A program made the position numbers and the translations under genes. A DNA stretch of 62,200 nucleotides, the filler included. It is 4 parts of 4 records of this genome, joined end to end, with 100 filler letters (N's around TTAATTAATTAA, not from the genome) between each part and the next. Parts side by side here need not be neighbours in the genome. Positions count along the whole stretch, not along the records: positions 28,815 to 51,467 come from SRR20825019_3110; 3 more parts are not named here. One strand, written 5' to 3'. The notes under the pieces were generated by a model. That model was not told the origin of the DNA. It did not search any database and saw nothing but the letters and a program-made list of their open reading frames with translations. Shown here one piece after another: positions 29,347 to 39,517 of the stretch (position 1 is the stretch's first letter; each line of letters begins with the position of its first letter).

Positions 29347-30624
29347 TCAATTATTTTTAGAATTTATCTTTAGAAGCTCCCCCCACTGCGTAGTATAGCG
29401 TGAGCTTCGTTCTTTTTTAATAAGTTCCCACTCACTAACGCGTGTTCCCACCAAACCAGAAGATATTGTAGCTTTTCCAAACTTCTGATTGATGGCATCA
29501 AAGGTTTTTATTAGCTTTTCATTGTTTAGTTTTGAGGGTTGATGAAACAAATTGCCCTGTACATAATCCTGCGGAAGTATTCCTGTAAGGTTCACCCCTA
29601 CTTTTTTATAGCGATATCCCGGTTTATAAATTGCTATTAAAGCCTTTCGTGCAGCGGAAATAAGCTTAAACGTATCATTTGTTGGAATGTCCAGAGTAAT
29701 TGTCAAGCTGTTTGAATATTGCTTATCTACGTTGCTATGATAATTAGTTACAATAAAAACCTGAATATGGGTAGCACAGGATTTTTGAGCACGTAACACT
29801 TCACTTACTTCACTAATGTAATAGGCACAAGCCTCTTCAATACGCTCTAAATCGGGCAATTTTATGCCGAAGGATTTTGCAGTTCCTATTCCTTTTTTGG
29901 GGGGTGGCTGGGTTACAAATTCAGTACACGATTCGCCTTTAAGCTCACGCCATGTACGCTCGCCTACCACAGTCATTTCTTTTCGAACCCATTGTAACGG
30001 TAATTCCGTAAACTGAAAAGCATCAAAAACGCCTATATTTTTTAAGCGTTTAGCATGCTTGTTACCAATACCCCAAACATCACCAATTTTACACCACTTT
30101 AATGCTTCTATCCTTTTTTCTTCAGAATCAATTACAAAAACATGGTTGCTTTTCGCTATTTTCTTTGCCATTTTATTGGCAAGTTTAGACAGTCCCTTTG
30201 TCGGGGCAATTCCCACTCCAACCGGCAATCCTGTGTTCTTAAAAACAGTATCTTTTATTTGATGCCCGTATTCTTCTAAAGTAACATTTTTAATTCCAGA
30301 TAAATCTGCAAAAGCTTCGTCGATACTGTACACTTCTACATTTGGAGAAAATGCTCCTAAAATATTCATTACTCGCTGCGACATTTCGCCATAAAGTGTA
30401 TAATTGGAAGAGAAAAAATTCACTTTATGTGCTATTAACTGTTCTTTAATTTTAAAAACAGGCTCAAACATGGGGATATCTGCAATGGCTTTAGCTTCTT
30501 TATTGGCTGCAATTATACAACCATCATTATTACTAAGTACCACCACGGGTTTGCCCAAAAGATCGGGGCGAAAAACTTGCTCGCAGCAAGCGTAAAAACT
30601 ATTGCAATCTACCAAGGCAATCAT
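29347..30624 (-). CDS. umuC: Y-family DNA polymerase, Pol V UmuC subunit
   Basis: Start MIALVDCNSFY at 30624 (TGATG overlap with umuD); VVVLSNNDGC, YSIDEAF, C-terminal S.RYTT.W.EL. Confidence 0.93.
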   Translation of the reverse strand: MIALVDCNSFYACCEQVFRPDLLGKPVVVLSNNDGCIIAANKEAKAIADIPMFEPVFKIKEQLIAHKVNFFSSNYTLYGEMSQRVMNILGAFSPNVEVYSIDEAFADLSGIKNVTLEEYGHQIKDTVFKNTGLPVGVGIAPTKGLSKLANKMAKKIAKSNHVFVIDSEEKRIEALKWCKIGDVWGIGNKHAKRLKNIGVFDAFQFTELPLQWVRKEMTVVGERTWRELKGESCTEFVTQPPPKKGIGTAKSFGIKLPDLERIEEACAYYISEVSEVLRAQKSCATHIQVFIVTNYHSNVDKQYSNSLTITLDIPTNDTFKLISAARKALIAIYKPGYRYKKVGVNLTGILPQDYVQGNLFHQPSKLNNEKLIKTFDAINQKFGKATISSGLVGTRVSEWELIKKERSSRYTTQWGELLKINSKNN

Positions 30625-30989
30625 CAGACGTAATGAATTATATAAGTGATAATTCCCCATACAGTAAATTCGTCTTCAGAAAAACCGCGTGGAATACGCT
30701 GTATTTTAAATTCTCCATCCTGAATAACCAACGCTAAAGCATCAAAATTTCGTGGTAAAGAACGGTCAATAATCAACACATCTTTATCTAGAATAGTATG
30801 TTCTTTAAAAGCATCTCCATCAATCCTTACAAAAAACGTTGCGTCTCTATTTACTATTAACTCCTGGTTTAAATCGATAGTTGGCTCTAAATAATGTGTG
30901 GCGGGGCTTGCAAAACCAGTTTGTTTTGAAACGCCAGGCTTATGCCTGCTTTTTACCTTTGTTAGTTTCCCAGATGTGATTATTTCCAT
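30624..30989 (-). CDS. umuD: UmuD-like S24-fold protein lacking the catalytic Ser/Lys
   Basis: TGFASPA..Y....IDLN..L......TFFVR..GD, LIIDRS; translationally coupled to umuC. Confidence 0.8.
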   Translation of the reverse strand: MEIITSGKLTKVKSRHKPGVSKQTGFASPATHYLEPTIDLNQELIVNRDATFFVRIDGDAFKEHTILDKDVLIIDRSLPRNFDALALVIQDGEFKIQRIPRGFSEDEFTVWGIITYIIHYV

Positions 30990-30996
30990 GATTCAA

Positions 30997-31032
30997 AAAT
31001 AGGAATATTTCCTATTTCATGGAATAATTCCA
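30997..31032. promoter_or_regulatory. Two tandem GGA-N5-TCC SOS-type operators upstream of umuDC
   Basis: Dyads AAATAGGAA-TAT-TTCCTATTT (30997-31017) and TGGAA-TAA-TTCCA (31020-31032); GGA-N5-TCC is a known binding motif of non-canonical Bacteroidetes LexA-like repressors. Confidence 0.8.
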
Positions 31033-31111
31033 ATAATAATTATCAACAATTAATCTATTCCGTTTAGCAGATTATCTTAAATTTTCTTAGGTTTGAGTCA
31101 AGATTGAATTT

Positions 31112-32536
31112 ATGGAAAGTATTAGTGTTTTTGACATGTTAAAAATAGGTGTGGGTCCGTCAAGTTCGCACACATTAGGGCCTTGGCGCGCTGCATTAAG
31201 GTGGATTGAAGAACTTAAAGAAAAGAATCAGTTTCAAGATGTTGTAGGAATTTCAGTAGACCTTTACGGTTCGTTATCGCTTACCGGAAAAGGGCATGCT
31301 ACAGATATTGCTGTAATGCTAGGTCTTTCTGGTTTCGACCCAGTAACATTTCCTATTGAAAATATTGAAAAAGAAATTGAATTTATCAATGCTGAAAAAA
31401 TACTAAAACTAAACGGCGAATTGGAAGTTTCTTTTTTTCCAAAGGAAAACATCATTTTCAATCGAAAGTTTTTAGAGTTTCACCCCAATGGAATGACTTT
31501 TAGAGCAACCTTAAAAGACGGCTCTAAAAAATCTTCTTCATTTTATTCTATTGGTGGCGGATTTACAGTAAAAAAAGAACGAAAACGCAAAAAAATAAAG
31601 CAAGAGAAATTTGCACGATTCCCTTTTCCTGTTGAAAAAGGCACAGAGCTTCTTGCCTATTGCAAAGCGGAAGGAAAATCAATTTCAGAGCTAGTCCTTG
31701 AAAACGAAAAATCGCTTAGAACCGAAGCTGAAATAAACGACAGTTTAAAGAAAATTTGGGATGTAATGCTAGATTCTATGTACGTGGGGGCACATACCGA
31801 AGGCACTTTACCAGGAGGACTCAACGTAACACGAAGAGCATTTGAGATGAATAAAAACCTTATAGGCAACACTCAATACACAAATGCTGAAGAATGGACT
31901 GCTGCAATTAGAAATACAGAAGTTAAATTTCGTCAAATTCTTAAATGGGTTTCCTGTTTTGCACTCGCCGTAAATGAAGTAAACGCATCCTTAGGTCGTG
32001 TGGTTACTGCTCCAACAAATGGAAGCGCTGGCGTAATTCCTGCCGTTATGATGTATTATATGGTTATTGAAAACCACGATGCAAACTTTGATGATGTTAA
32101 GAAGTTTTTACTTACAGCTGGAGAGATAGGAAGTATTTTCAAGAAAGGTGCAACTATTTCAGCAGCAATGGGTGGCTGCCAAGCAGAAATTGGCGTTTCA
32201 TCCTCAATGGCTGCAGGAGCACTTTGTGAATTAATGGGCGGTACTCCCGAACAATGCTTAATGGCTAGCGAAATAGCAATGGAACATCATCTTGGACTTA
32301 CCTGCGATCCAATTGCAGGTTTGGTACAAATTCCGTGTATAGAACGCAACGCAATGGGCGCCATAAAAGCTATTAACGCCTGTGAAATGGCATTAGATAG
32401 TGACCCAAGTAAAGCGAAGGTTCCTTTAGATAAGGTGATAGCCACTATGTGGGAAACCGCAAAAGATATGACTTCTAAATATAAAGAAACCAGTGAAGGT
32501 GGCTTGGCGGTTCAAGTGAATATTAGTGACTGCTAA
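31112..32536 (+). CDS. sdaA: L-serine ammonia-lyase (Fe-S, single chain)
   Basis: [68 protein letters not shown]. Confidence 0.96.
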   Translation: MESISVFDMLKIGVGPSSSHTLGPWRAALRWIEELKEKNQFQDVVGISVDLYGSLSLTGKGHATDIAVMLGLSGFDPVTFPIENIEKEIEFINAEKILKLNGELEVSFFPKENIIFNRKFLEFHPNGMTFRATLKDGSKKSSSFYSIGGGFTVKKERKRKKIKQEKFARFPFPVEKGTELLAYCKAEGKSISELVLENEKSLRTEAEINDSLKKIWDVMLDSMYVGAHTEGTLPGGLNVTRRAFEMNKNLIGNTQYTNAEEWTAAIRNTEVKFRQILKWVSCFALAVNEVNASLGRVVTAPTNGSAGVIPAVMMYYMVIENHDANFDDVKKFLLTAGEIGSIFKKGATISAAMGGCQAEIGVSSSMAAGALCELMGGTPEQCLMASEIAMEHHLGLTCDPIAGLVQIPCIERNAMGAIKAINACEMALDSDPSKAKVPLDKVIATMWETAKDMTSKYKETSEGGLAVQVNISDC

Positions 32537-32539
32537 CTC

Positions 32540-32998
32540 TTAATTACAACCATCTTTTCTTCGAGAATCGATGACGTGAATGATTTTCCAACCGTCATCA
32601 AGTTTTGCCAATGTGAAGGAATTAGCACCACAATGCATTAAACTCCCATTAAACCAAAACTCATAAGGAGTCCAAATATGCGCTAAATTTCCGTCAATTT
32701 CTACTTTATAACTTAGCAAACGCTCTTCCCATTTCTGGTCTGTTGGGCGATTTGCTATATTATTTACAAAACCATCTGGATCATCGTTATTTATTTTATG
32801 GGTTCCTTTTTTATCTGTATAAGCAGTTTGCATAACCATACCTTTTGCCATTACAGATTTCATTACAAGCGTATCTCCACTGTGAAATCCTTCAAAAAAA
32901 GTATTAATAACATTCTTGGCTTCTTCTTCAGAAAAAGCGTTTTGAGAAAATGAATTTATAGAAACAGTGAACAATAATAAAAAAACAAAAAACTTCAT
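32540..32998 (-). CDS. Secreted NTF2-like (lumazine-binding-like) protein
   Basis: Signal peptide; LAHIWTPYEFWFNG..MHCGANSF.L.....GWKI..VIDSRR. Confidence 0.75.
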   Translation of the reverse strand: MKFFVFLLLFTVSINSFSQNAFSEEEAKNVINTFFEGFHSGDTLVMKSVMAKGMVMQTAYTDKKGTHKINNDDPDGFVNNIANRPTDQKWEERLLSYKVEIDGNLAHIWTPYEFWFNGSLMHCGANSFTLAKLDDGWKIIHVIDSRRKDGCN

Positions 32999-33059
32999 AT
33001 GTATATATTAAAAGTGTGAACTTCAAAATTAGTACTTTTATCCTTCAATTGTTACATAT

Positions 33060-33878
33060 ATGTCAACTGCAAAAAAAGAATATAAGCGTATCACCACCAA
33101 AACGTTGGTAGATATGAAGAAAAAAGGGGAAAAAATTTCCATGCTTACTGCCTATGATTTTACGATGGCGAAAATTGTAGATAGCGCCGGAATAGACGTA
33201 ATTTTAGTAGGAGATTCCGCCAGTAACGTGATGGCTGGCCACGAAACTACGCTCCCAATAACCTTAGATCAAATGATTTATCATGCGGCTTCCGTAGTTC
33301 GCGCTATAGAACGGAGTTTGGTTGTGGTAGATTTACCCTTCGGAAGTTACCAAAGTGACCCTAAAGAAGCACTACGTTCTGCAATTAGAATTATGAAAGA
33401 AAGCGGGGGTCATGCCGTAAAACTTGAAGGTGGAAAAGAGATAAAGGAATCTATAAAACGCATCTTAAATGCTGGAATTCCTGTGATGGGGCATTTGGGA
33501 TTAACACCGCAATCCATCTATAAATTTGGAACATACACCGTTCGCGCTAAAGAGGAAGAAGAAGCTGAAAAATTAATTGAAGATGCGCTTTTGCTTGAAA
33601 AGGCAGGTTGTTTTGCAATTGTTTTAGAAAAAGTACCCGCCAAACTTGCTAAGGAAGTTGCAGAAAAAATAAGCATCCCTGTCATTGGTATTGGTGCTGG
33701 AAATGGTGTAGATGGTCAAGTTTTGGTAACGCATGATATGCTTGGAATGACGCATGAATTCAACCCGCGTTTTCTTCGTAGGTATTTAGATTTATATACA
33801 GATATGAAAAATGCTTTTAGTAAATATAGTGAGGATATAAAAAGTGGTGATTTCCCTAATGAAAGTGAACAATACTAA
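33060..33878 (+). CDS. panB: 3-methyl-2-oxobutanoate hydroxymethyltransferase
   Basis: [49 protein letters not shown]. Confidence 0.97.
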   Translation: MSTAKKEYKRITTKTLVDMKKKGEKISMLTAYDFTMAKIVDSAGIDVILVGDSASNVMAGHETTLPITLDQMIYHAASVVRAIERSLVVVDLPFGSYQSDPKEALRSAIRIMKESGGHAVKLEGGKEIKESIKRILNAGIPVMGHLGLTPQSIYKFGTYTVRAKEEEEAEKLIEDALLLEKAGCFAIVLEKVPAKLAKEVAEKISIPVIGIGAGNGVDGQVLVTHDMLGMTHEFNPRFLRRYLDLYTDMKNAFSKYSEDIKSGDFPNESEQY

Positions 33879-33968
33879 AATTACAAGCACCAAATTCCAA
33901 ATAAAACTCAAAAAACAAATCCTCTATTAAGATGGACAGTCTTATAAACATCTAAATTTTTTCAACTT

Positions 33969-34667
33969 ATTAATTCAAAAACACATAGTACCAAAGACAA
34001 TCTTCAGGTTTTATTTGAAGACAATCACCTAATTGTTATTAATAAACGTCCAGGTGATATTGTACAAGGCGACAAAACGGGTGATGCCCCACTTTCTGAG
34101 GTCGTAAAAGAATACATCGCTGAAAAATACAACAAACCAGGTGCTGTTTTTTTGGGTGTGGTGCATCGTTTGGATCGCCCAACAAGTGGGATTGTTATGT
34201 TTGCAAGAACATCTAAAGCCTTGGCGCGCTTAAACAAAATGTTTTCAGAAAGAGAAACTGAAAAAATATATTGGGCAGTTGTTAAAAATATTCCTCCTAA
34301 AACGGAAGATACGCTAAAGCATTTTTTAAAGAGAAATACAAAACAAAACAAATCGTATGCGCATAGTAAAGAGGTGCCAGATAGCAAAAAAGCAGTGCTT
34401 CATTACAAGCTTCTAAGAAAACTGGATAATTATTATTTGTTAGAAATTACTTTAGAAACAGGAAGACATCATCAAATTCGCTCGCAGTTATCGGCAATTG
34501 GCTGTGCAATAAAAGGTGATTTAAAATATGGTTTTGACCGAAGTAATGCTGATGGAAGTATTCACCTTCACGCAAAAAAATTAACCCTACTACACCCTGT
34601 TCAAAAAGAGGAAATTAGCATTGAAGCTCCTACACCCAATGATGCCATTTGGAATGCTTGTAATTAA
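33969..34667 (+). CDS. RluA family pseudouridine synthase (start codon uncertain, probably non-canonical)
   Basis: Frame open from 33948: LFEDNHLIVINKRPG, HRLDRPTSG, ETGRHHQIR, GDLKYG, LHA; first ATG/GTG/TTG only at 34152. Confidence 0.88.
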   Translation: MNSKTHSTKDNLQVLFEDNHLIVINKRPGDIVQGDKTGDAPLSEVVKEYIAEKYNKPGAVFLGVVHRLDRPTSGIVMFARTSKALARLNKMFSERETEKIYWAVVKNIPPKTEDTLKHFLKRNTKQNKSYAHSKEVPDSKKAVLHYKLLRKLDNYYLLEITLETGRHHQIRSQLSAIGCAIKGDLKYGFDRSNADGSIHLHAKKLTLLHPVQKEEISIEAPTPNDAIWNACN

Positions 34668-34691
34668 GTATTTATATTTTTAAAAACACAG

Positions 34692-35819
34692 CTATTTTTC
34701 GTGCAGTGCATTCAAGGCATATATTGCAAAACTCCCTAACCAATGACCTCCTTCATAACTATCGCCCACTAGGTTTGGGTACGAATATGCCACGTGTTCA
34801 TTAGCACTATTTGTAAGATGATTGTATTTTGGAAACTGTTTTGCCAAGCCATAAAAAACCCATGCGCGACTAAAATTCAAACCATCCAAATGCACTAATT
34901 TTCCATCGGTACGATCGCTAACCTCTCCTACTTTTAAATGATAGTTATTTGCTGCAAGTTGTGGTAAAAAAGCATCAATCCAAACTAAAAATTCTTCCGA
35001 AGAAAGTACGCGGCGCATAATATCTATTTCTTCTAAACAAGGAGAAAGAAAATCATAACCACTCGGTTCCCAATCAATTGGGCAATTTTCATCAGTAAAA
35101 TAAAAATCGCGCGCCCGTTCACTAATTAATTGCTTTAATTCTATGTCGTTTATAACGTGGGCATAATCGTATGCAAATGTGAGTCCAAAAGCGGTATTTG
35201 TATGTTCCCCAACGCGGATTGGATACTTTAATTTTGGAAGAAATTCTTTATATCGAAGCACGATAATGTCTGCTAATGGTTTTAGGTTTTGTTCCAACTC
35301 TTTCGCCAGTGGGTCATCCCAGTTATAAAGTGTTTCAGAAAGCTTCAATAACCACGCCCAACCATAGGTCCTTTCGAATGATTTATTTATGGGTTTTTCA
35401 AAATAAGCTACTTCAATTGCAACATTTTCGGCTGTAATTTTCTCTTTTAATATCTGCCGAACCGCTTCAGCCTTATCCATATCTGGAAATTGCTGCAATA
35501 AGGTTACCATAGACCAATAGCCATGTACAGCGCTATGCCAATCAAAACAGCCATAAAAAATAGGGTGTACCGAAGCTGGTTCCACTAAATCTGCTTTGCT
35601 TTCTAAAGTTTCTCCAGGTTTGTATGGATACGCTATGCCCACACAATGCAAAGGAAGTTCAATTAACTTATTTGCTTCTGCTAGAGTGAAGGTTGGTTCT
35701 GCAAAAGTTTTTATAGCAAGCTCCTCATTATTAATCGGTGTTGTAGAAGTTTCAGTTTGATTGTTGTTGCAGCTTAAAAAAAGAAATGCAACACTAAAAA
35801 GCAAATAGTATTTAACCAT
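34692..35819 (-). CDS. DUF2891-like lipoprotein
   Basis: Lipobox FLSC; HPIFYGCFDWHSAVHGYW, FERTYGWAWLL, HLDGLNFSRAW, YEGGHWLGSFA. Confidence 0.82.
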   Translation of the reverse strand: MVKYYLLFSVAFLFLSCNNNQTETSTTPINNEELAIKTFAEPTFTLAEANKLIELPLHCVGIAYPYKPGETLESKADLVEPASVHPIFYGCFDWHSAVHGYWSMVTLLQQFPDMDKAEAVRQILKEKITAENVAIEVAYFEKPINKSFERTYGWAWLLKLSETLYNWDDPLAKELEQNLKPLADIIVLRYKEFLPKLKYPIRVGEHTNTAFGLTFAYDYAHVINDIELKQLISERARDFYFTDENCPIDWEPSGYDFLSPCLEEIDIMRRVLSSEEFLVWIDAFLPQLAANNYHLKVGEVSDRTDGKLVHLDGLNFSRAWVFYGLAKQFPKYNHLTNSANEHVAYSYPNLVGDSYEGGHWLGSFAIYALNALHEK

Positions 35820-35857
35820 AACATATAATTTCAAATAAAGGTAAAAATATAAAACCA

Positions 35858-35893
35858 CGAATGCACGAATTAAATAATCAATTCGTGCATTCG
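35858..35893. repeat. Perfect 14-bp inverted repeat (terminator or REP-like hairpin) after the M16 peptidase gene
   Basis: CGAATGCACGAATT-N8-AATTCGTGCATTCG. Confidence 0.7.
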
Positions 35894-35921
35894 GGATTAA
35901 TATTATAAGACAATTAAAGTC

Positions 35922-38789
35922 TTACAATTTCACATCTTTAAGTTTTACTTCTTCCCCATTTTTATCGAGAAGTTTTACTTCATCAAAGCCCATTTTTTTG
36001 AATTGTGCATATTGAGTTGCAGCATCCCCAACAACCACATAAGCCATTTTAGAAGCGTCCAAATATTTATTTGCCAAAGCTTTATGTTGCTCTAAAGTCA
36101 TGCCTTTAACTATTGCCTCTTCGTTTTCAATATAATTTGAAGGTAAGTTATATTCATTCATTTCTTGCAACATTCCTAAAAGCGAACCTTGTGTTTCAAA
36201 ACGACGTGCATTCGATTTTATAAGTGCGTTTTTAGTGAATTCAAGATCTTCAGGTGAAATTCCTTCTTTATACTTTGAAATTTCGTCTCTAAAAATCTGA
36301 ACAGATTCGCCTGTTGTATTGGTTCTAACGCTTGAAGAAGCAGTAAAAGTTCCTGGTATTTTGCTTCCGCTGAAATTAGTTCGTGCACCATAGGTATATC
36401 CTTTTTCTTCACGAAGAATTAAATTTACATTTCCTGAAAAGGAACCTCCCAATTTATAATTCATCACTTCAGCAGGATAGAAATCTTTATCGGTTCGTGG
36501 CAATGCAATATAACCTATATCGATAACAGACTGCTTGGCATTCGGGATATCTACAAAATATAAGGAAGCTTTATCGCGGTTATTTGCAACTGGATATTCT
36601 GGAATTGTAACTTCTTTTGCAGCCCACTTTTCTTCCATATTTTTTAAATCTTTCAGCACATTATCTTTATCAATTTTTCCAACAACTTGGAATGTACTTA
36701 TTGAAGGTGAAAAGTTTTTGTTATAATATGACTTTAAATCTTCCATTGAAATTTCTTTTACAGAATCAACTGTTCCATAGGTTGGGTAGCTAAAAATATG
36801 ATCTTCGCCATAAAGTAATTTGCTAAAAACTCTATTTGCAACCACATTCGGGTTTGCATCTGAACGTTCTATTTCATTAATCGTTTTTGTTTTAATTCGC
36901 GCTAATTCGGCTTCATCCCAACGTGGTTCAAGAAGTATTTCGGTAACCAAATCCATCGTTTTATTGAAATTACGAGTTAAGGTATTTCCACGAATTACAA
37001 TAGATTCATTAGTTGTGTACATTCGTATACTTGCACCCAAAAGATCAATGGCTTCTTCTAATTGTTCTGGCGTTTTATTGGCAGTACCTTCCATCAGGAT
37101 ATCGCTCATTAAATTTGCAACACCATTCTTTTTCAAATCGTCTAGCAAATGACCGCCTTCAACTACTAAACTAAAGTTTACTGTTGGAATTTCGTTTTGT
37201 TCTATTCCAGAAACTTTCAATCCATTTGCTAAAGTTGTACTCCACATTTCAGGAATTTTCAAAGCTGGTGATTCTCCTTGAACTGGCGGCGTTGAACGGT
37301 CAAATTTAGAAGGAGTTTTTACAATTTCTGCATTTGCTGCTTCAACTTTTTTAGTTACATTTTCTTTAATTTCTTCTTCAACAACTGCTGCTTTTTCAGA
37401 ATTTTCAGCAATAAGTTCAACTTGTCCTTTAGGTACAAAACTTGTCATTACATACGGTTTATCTTTTATGTATTCATTATACACCCGCATTACATCGTCT
37501 TTTGTAACTTTTTTAATATTTTCAATATCTTGGGTAATAAAACCTGGATCGCCAGCAAAAACATTGTAATTAGCAAGCTGGAATGATTTTCCTAAAACAC
37601 TGCTAATTCCATTGTAAAATTGGGTTTCTAAGCCTGCTTTAATTCTTTCAATATCACGTTCGGTAACGCCATCTTTTTCAAAAAGTGCAAAGGCTTCAGA
37701 AATACCTTTTTCAACTTCATCAAGATCAACACCATTGTTTGCTGTAACTTTTATTTGAAAATCGCCAGCCAATTCACTTGAATTATTGTAAGCGCGTGGT
37801 CCAGCGGTAAGGTTTTTTTCTTTTACTAAAACTTTATAAAGTGGTGCTTTTTTTCCTTCGGAAAGAATTTCACCCAAAAAATCTAAAGCATACGCATCAT
37901 CGGTGTATTGTTGCACAGTTGGCCAAACCATATTTAGCTGTGGCGCGGTTGCAAAATTATCTTCATGATACAACCTTTTAGTTTCTGCAAGTGTAACCAG
38001 TTGTGGTTTTAGCGGTGTTACTTCTTGACGACGCTTTATTTCGCCAAAATATTTCTCAATCATTTTTTTAGCTTCGTCTGTATCAAAATCTCCAGCTAAA
38101 ACTAATGTTGCGTTATTTGGACCATAAAACTGATCGTAAAACTCCTTTACATCTTCTACAGTTGCATTTTGAAGGTCTTCTAATTCTCCAATAACCTGCC
38201 AGTTATACGGGTGCCCTTCTGGATAAAGGCTCTTGTCTATCACCCAACTAGTGTGTCCATAAGGATTATTATCTACACGTTGGCGTTTTTCGTTTTGTAC
38301 AACTTCCTGTTGATTTTCAAAAGCAGCTTCAGTTACAGTGTTTATTAAAAATCCCATTCTATCGCTCTCCAACCACATTACAGTTTCCATTGCATTTTTT
38401 GGTACTATTTCGTAATAAACGGTACCATCTTTCCAAGTTCCGCCGTTTAGCGTACCGCCAGCATCTTGTATTGTTTTAAAGAATTGATCCTGCGGCACAT
38501 TTTCAGATTCTTGAAAAAGCATGTGTTCAAACAAATGTGCAAAACCTGTTCTACCCGTTTTTTCACGATTAGAACCAACACCATATTGAATGGCAAGTGA
38601 TACTATTGGATCACTTTTATCTAGATGAAGAATAACATCGAGTCCGTTTTCAAGTTCATATTTTTCAAAAGGAACTGAGAGTTTTGCACTTTCATCTGCG
38701 TTTACATTTTTTTCGTTTTTGCATGAAATAGCAAAAAGAGCAATGGACGCTATGGCTACAAAGCTCACTTTAAGAGATTTTTTAAACAT
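35922..38789 (-). CDS. M16 family (pitrilysin-like) zinc metallopeptidase, lipoprotein
   Basis: Lipobox AISC; inverzincin motif GFAHLFEHMLF; LREEKGYTYG; duplicated M16 domains, 955 aa. Confidence 0.93.
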   Translation of the reverse strand: MFKKSLKVSFVAIASIALFAISCKNEKNVNADESAKLSVPFEKYELENGLDVILHLDKSDPIVSLAIQYGVGSNREKTGRTGFAHLFEHMLFQESENVPQDQFFKTIQDAGGTLNGGTWKDGTVYYEIVPKNAMETVMWLESDRMGFLINTVTEAAFENQQEVVQNEKRQRVDNNPYGHTSWVIDKSLYPEGHPYNWQVIGELEDLQNATVEDVKEFYDQFYGPNNATLVLAGDFDTDEAKKMIEKYFGEIKRRQEVTPLKPQLVTLAETKRLYHEDNFATAPQLNMVWPTVQQYTDDAYALDFLGEILSEGKKAPLYKVLVKEKNLTAGPRAYNNSSELAGDFQIKVTANNGVDLDEVEKGISEAFALFEKDGVTERDIERIKAGLETQFYNGISSVLGKSFQLANYNVFAGDPGFITQDIENIKKVTKDDVMRVYNEYIKDKPYVMTSFVPKGQVELIAENSEKAAVVEEEIKENVTKKVEAANAEIVKTPSKFDRSTPPVQGESPALKIPEMWSTTLANGLKVSGIEQNEIPTVNFSLVVEGGHLLDDLKKNGVANLMSDILMEGTANKTPEQLEEAIDLLGASIRMYTTNESIVIRGNTLTRNFNKTMDLVTEILLEPRWDEAELARIKTKTINEIERSDANPNVVANRVFSKLLYGEDHIFSYPTYGTVDSVKEISMEDLKSYYNKNFSPSISTFQVVGKIDKDNVLKDLKNMEEKWAAKEVTIPEYPVANNRDKASLYFVDIPNAKQSVIDIGYIALPRTDKDFYPAEVMNYKLGGSFSGNVNLILREEKGYTYGARTNFSGSKIPGTFTASSSVRTNTTGESVQIFRDEISKYKEGISPEDLEFTKNALIKSNARRFETQGSLLGMLQEMNEYNLPSNYIENEEAIVKGMTLEQHKALANKYLDASKMAYVVVGDAATQYAQFKKMGFDEVKLLDKNGEEVKLKDVKL

Positions 38790-38875
38790 AATGGAATTTA
38801 TTTTTAGAAAGTTTTAAAGATACTATGAGAAGTTACTTTTACTCTTAAAAATAAGTTAAAAACATCTTTTTTGAA

Positions 38876-39517
38876 TTATTCGGCATACCCATTTTTAAGT
38901 GCATAAACCGCTAAACCTACGCGTGTTTTAAGCTCAAGTTTCTCAAAAAGGCTGTCTCTGTAGTTTTCAACTGTTCTGGGACTACAGAACATTTTTTCAG
39001 AAATCTCTCTGTAGTTCATCTCTGTAACCGTGTACCGAAGAAATTCTTCTTCACGATTCGTTAAGTCAATTTTAAGATGCCCATTTATGGTATCATCGCT
39101 TATACTTGTAAATACTTTGCTTCGAGCCCATTCTGGAAAATAACTTCCATTTAAAATTAAACCGTTTAAAGCCTTTTCTAATTCTGTGGGGTGAACATTT
39201 TTAAGCATATATCCTTTAGAGCCATTTTTAATCATTTTTATTAAACTCTGATCGTCTTCTTGCATACTCAAAACCATTACTAAAATACTTGGATGTGTAT
39301 TTTTTATCCATTCAGCTGTTTCAAAACCATCCATTATGGGCATACTAATGTCTAATAATACAATGTCTGGAATTTTTTTTAGTTTTAGTTTCTCTTGAAA
39401 ATCGAGCCCGTTTTCGCAAGTGTATAAAACTTCAAATTGCTTAAAATTTGAAATAATACTGCTCAACGCATTAGCGATTAAAACATGATCGTCAATAATA
39501 ACTATAGAGTTTTTCAT
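38876..39517 (-). CDS. NarL/LuxR-family response regulator
   Basis: REC (IIDDH, LLDISMP.MDG, GYMLK) plus HTH (LTNREEEFL...SPRTVENYR..LFEKL). Confidence 0.93.
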   Translation of the reverse strand: MKNSIVIIDDHVLIANALSSIISNFKQFEVLYTCENGLDFQEKLKLKKIPDIVLLDISMPIMDGFETAEWIKNTHPSILVMVLSMQEDDQSLIKMIKNGSKGYMLKNVHPTELEKALNGLILNGSYFPEWARSKVFTSISDDTINGHLKIDLTNREEEFLRYTVTEMNYREISEKMFCSPRTVENYRDSLFEKLELKTRVGLAVYALKNGYAE

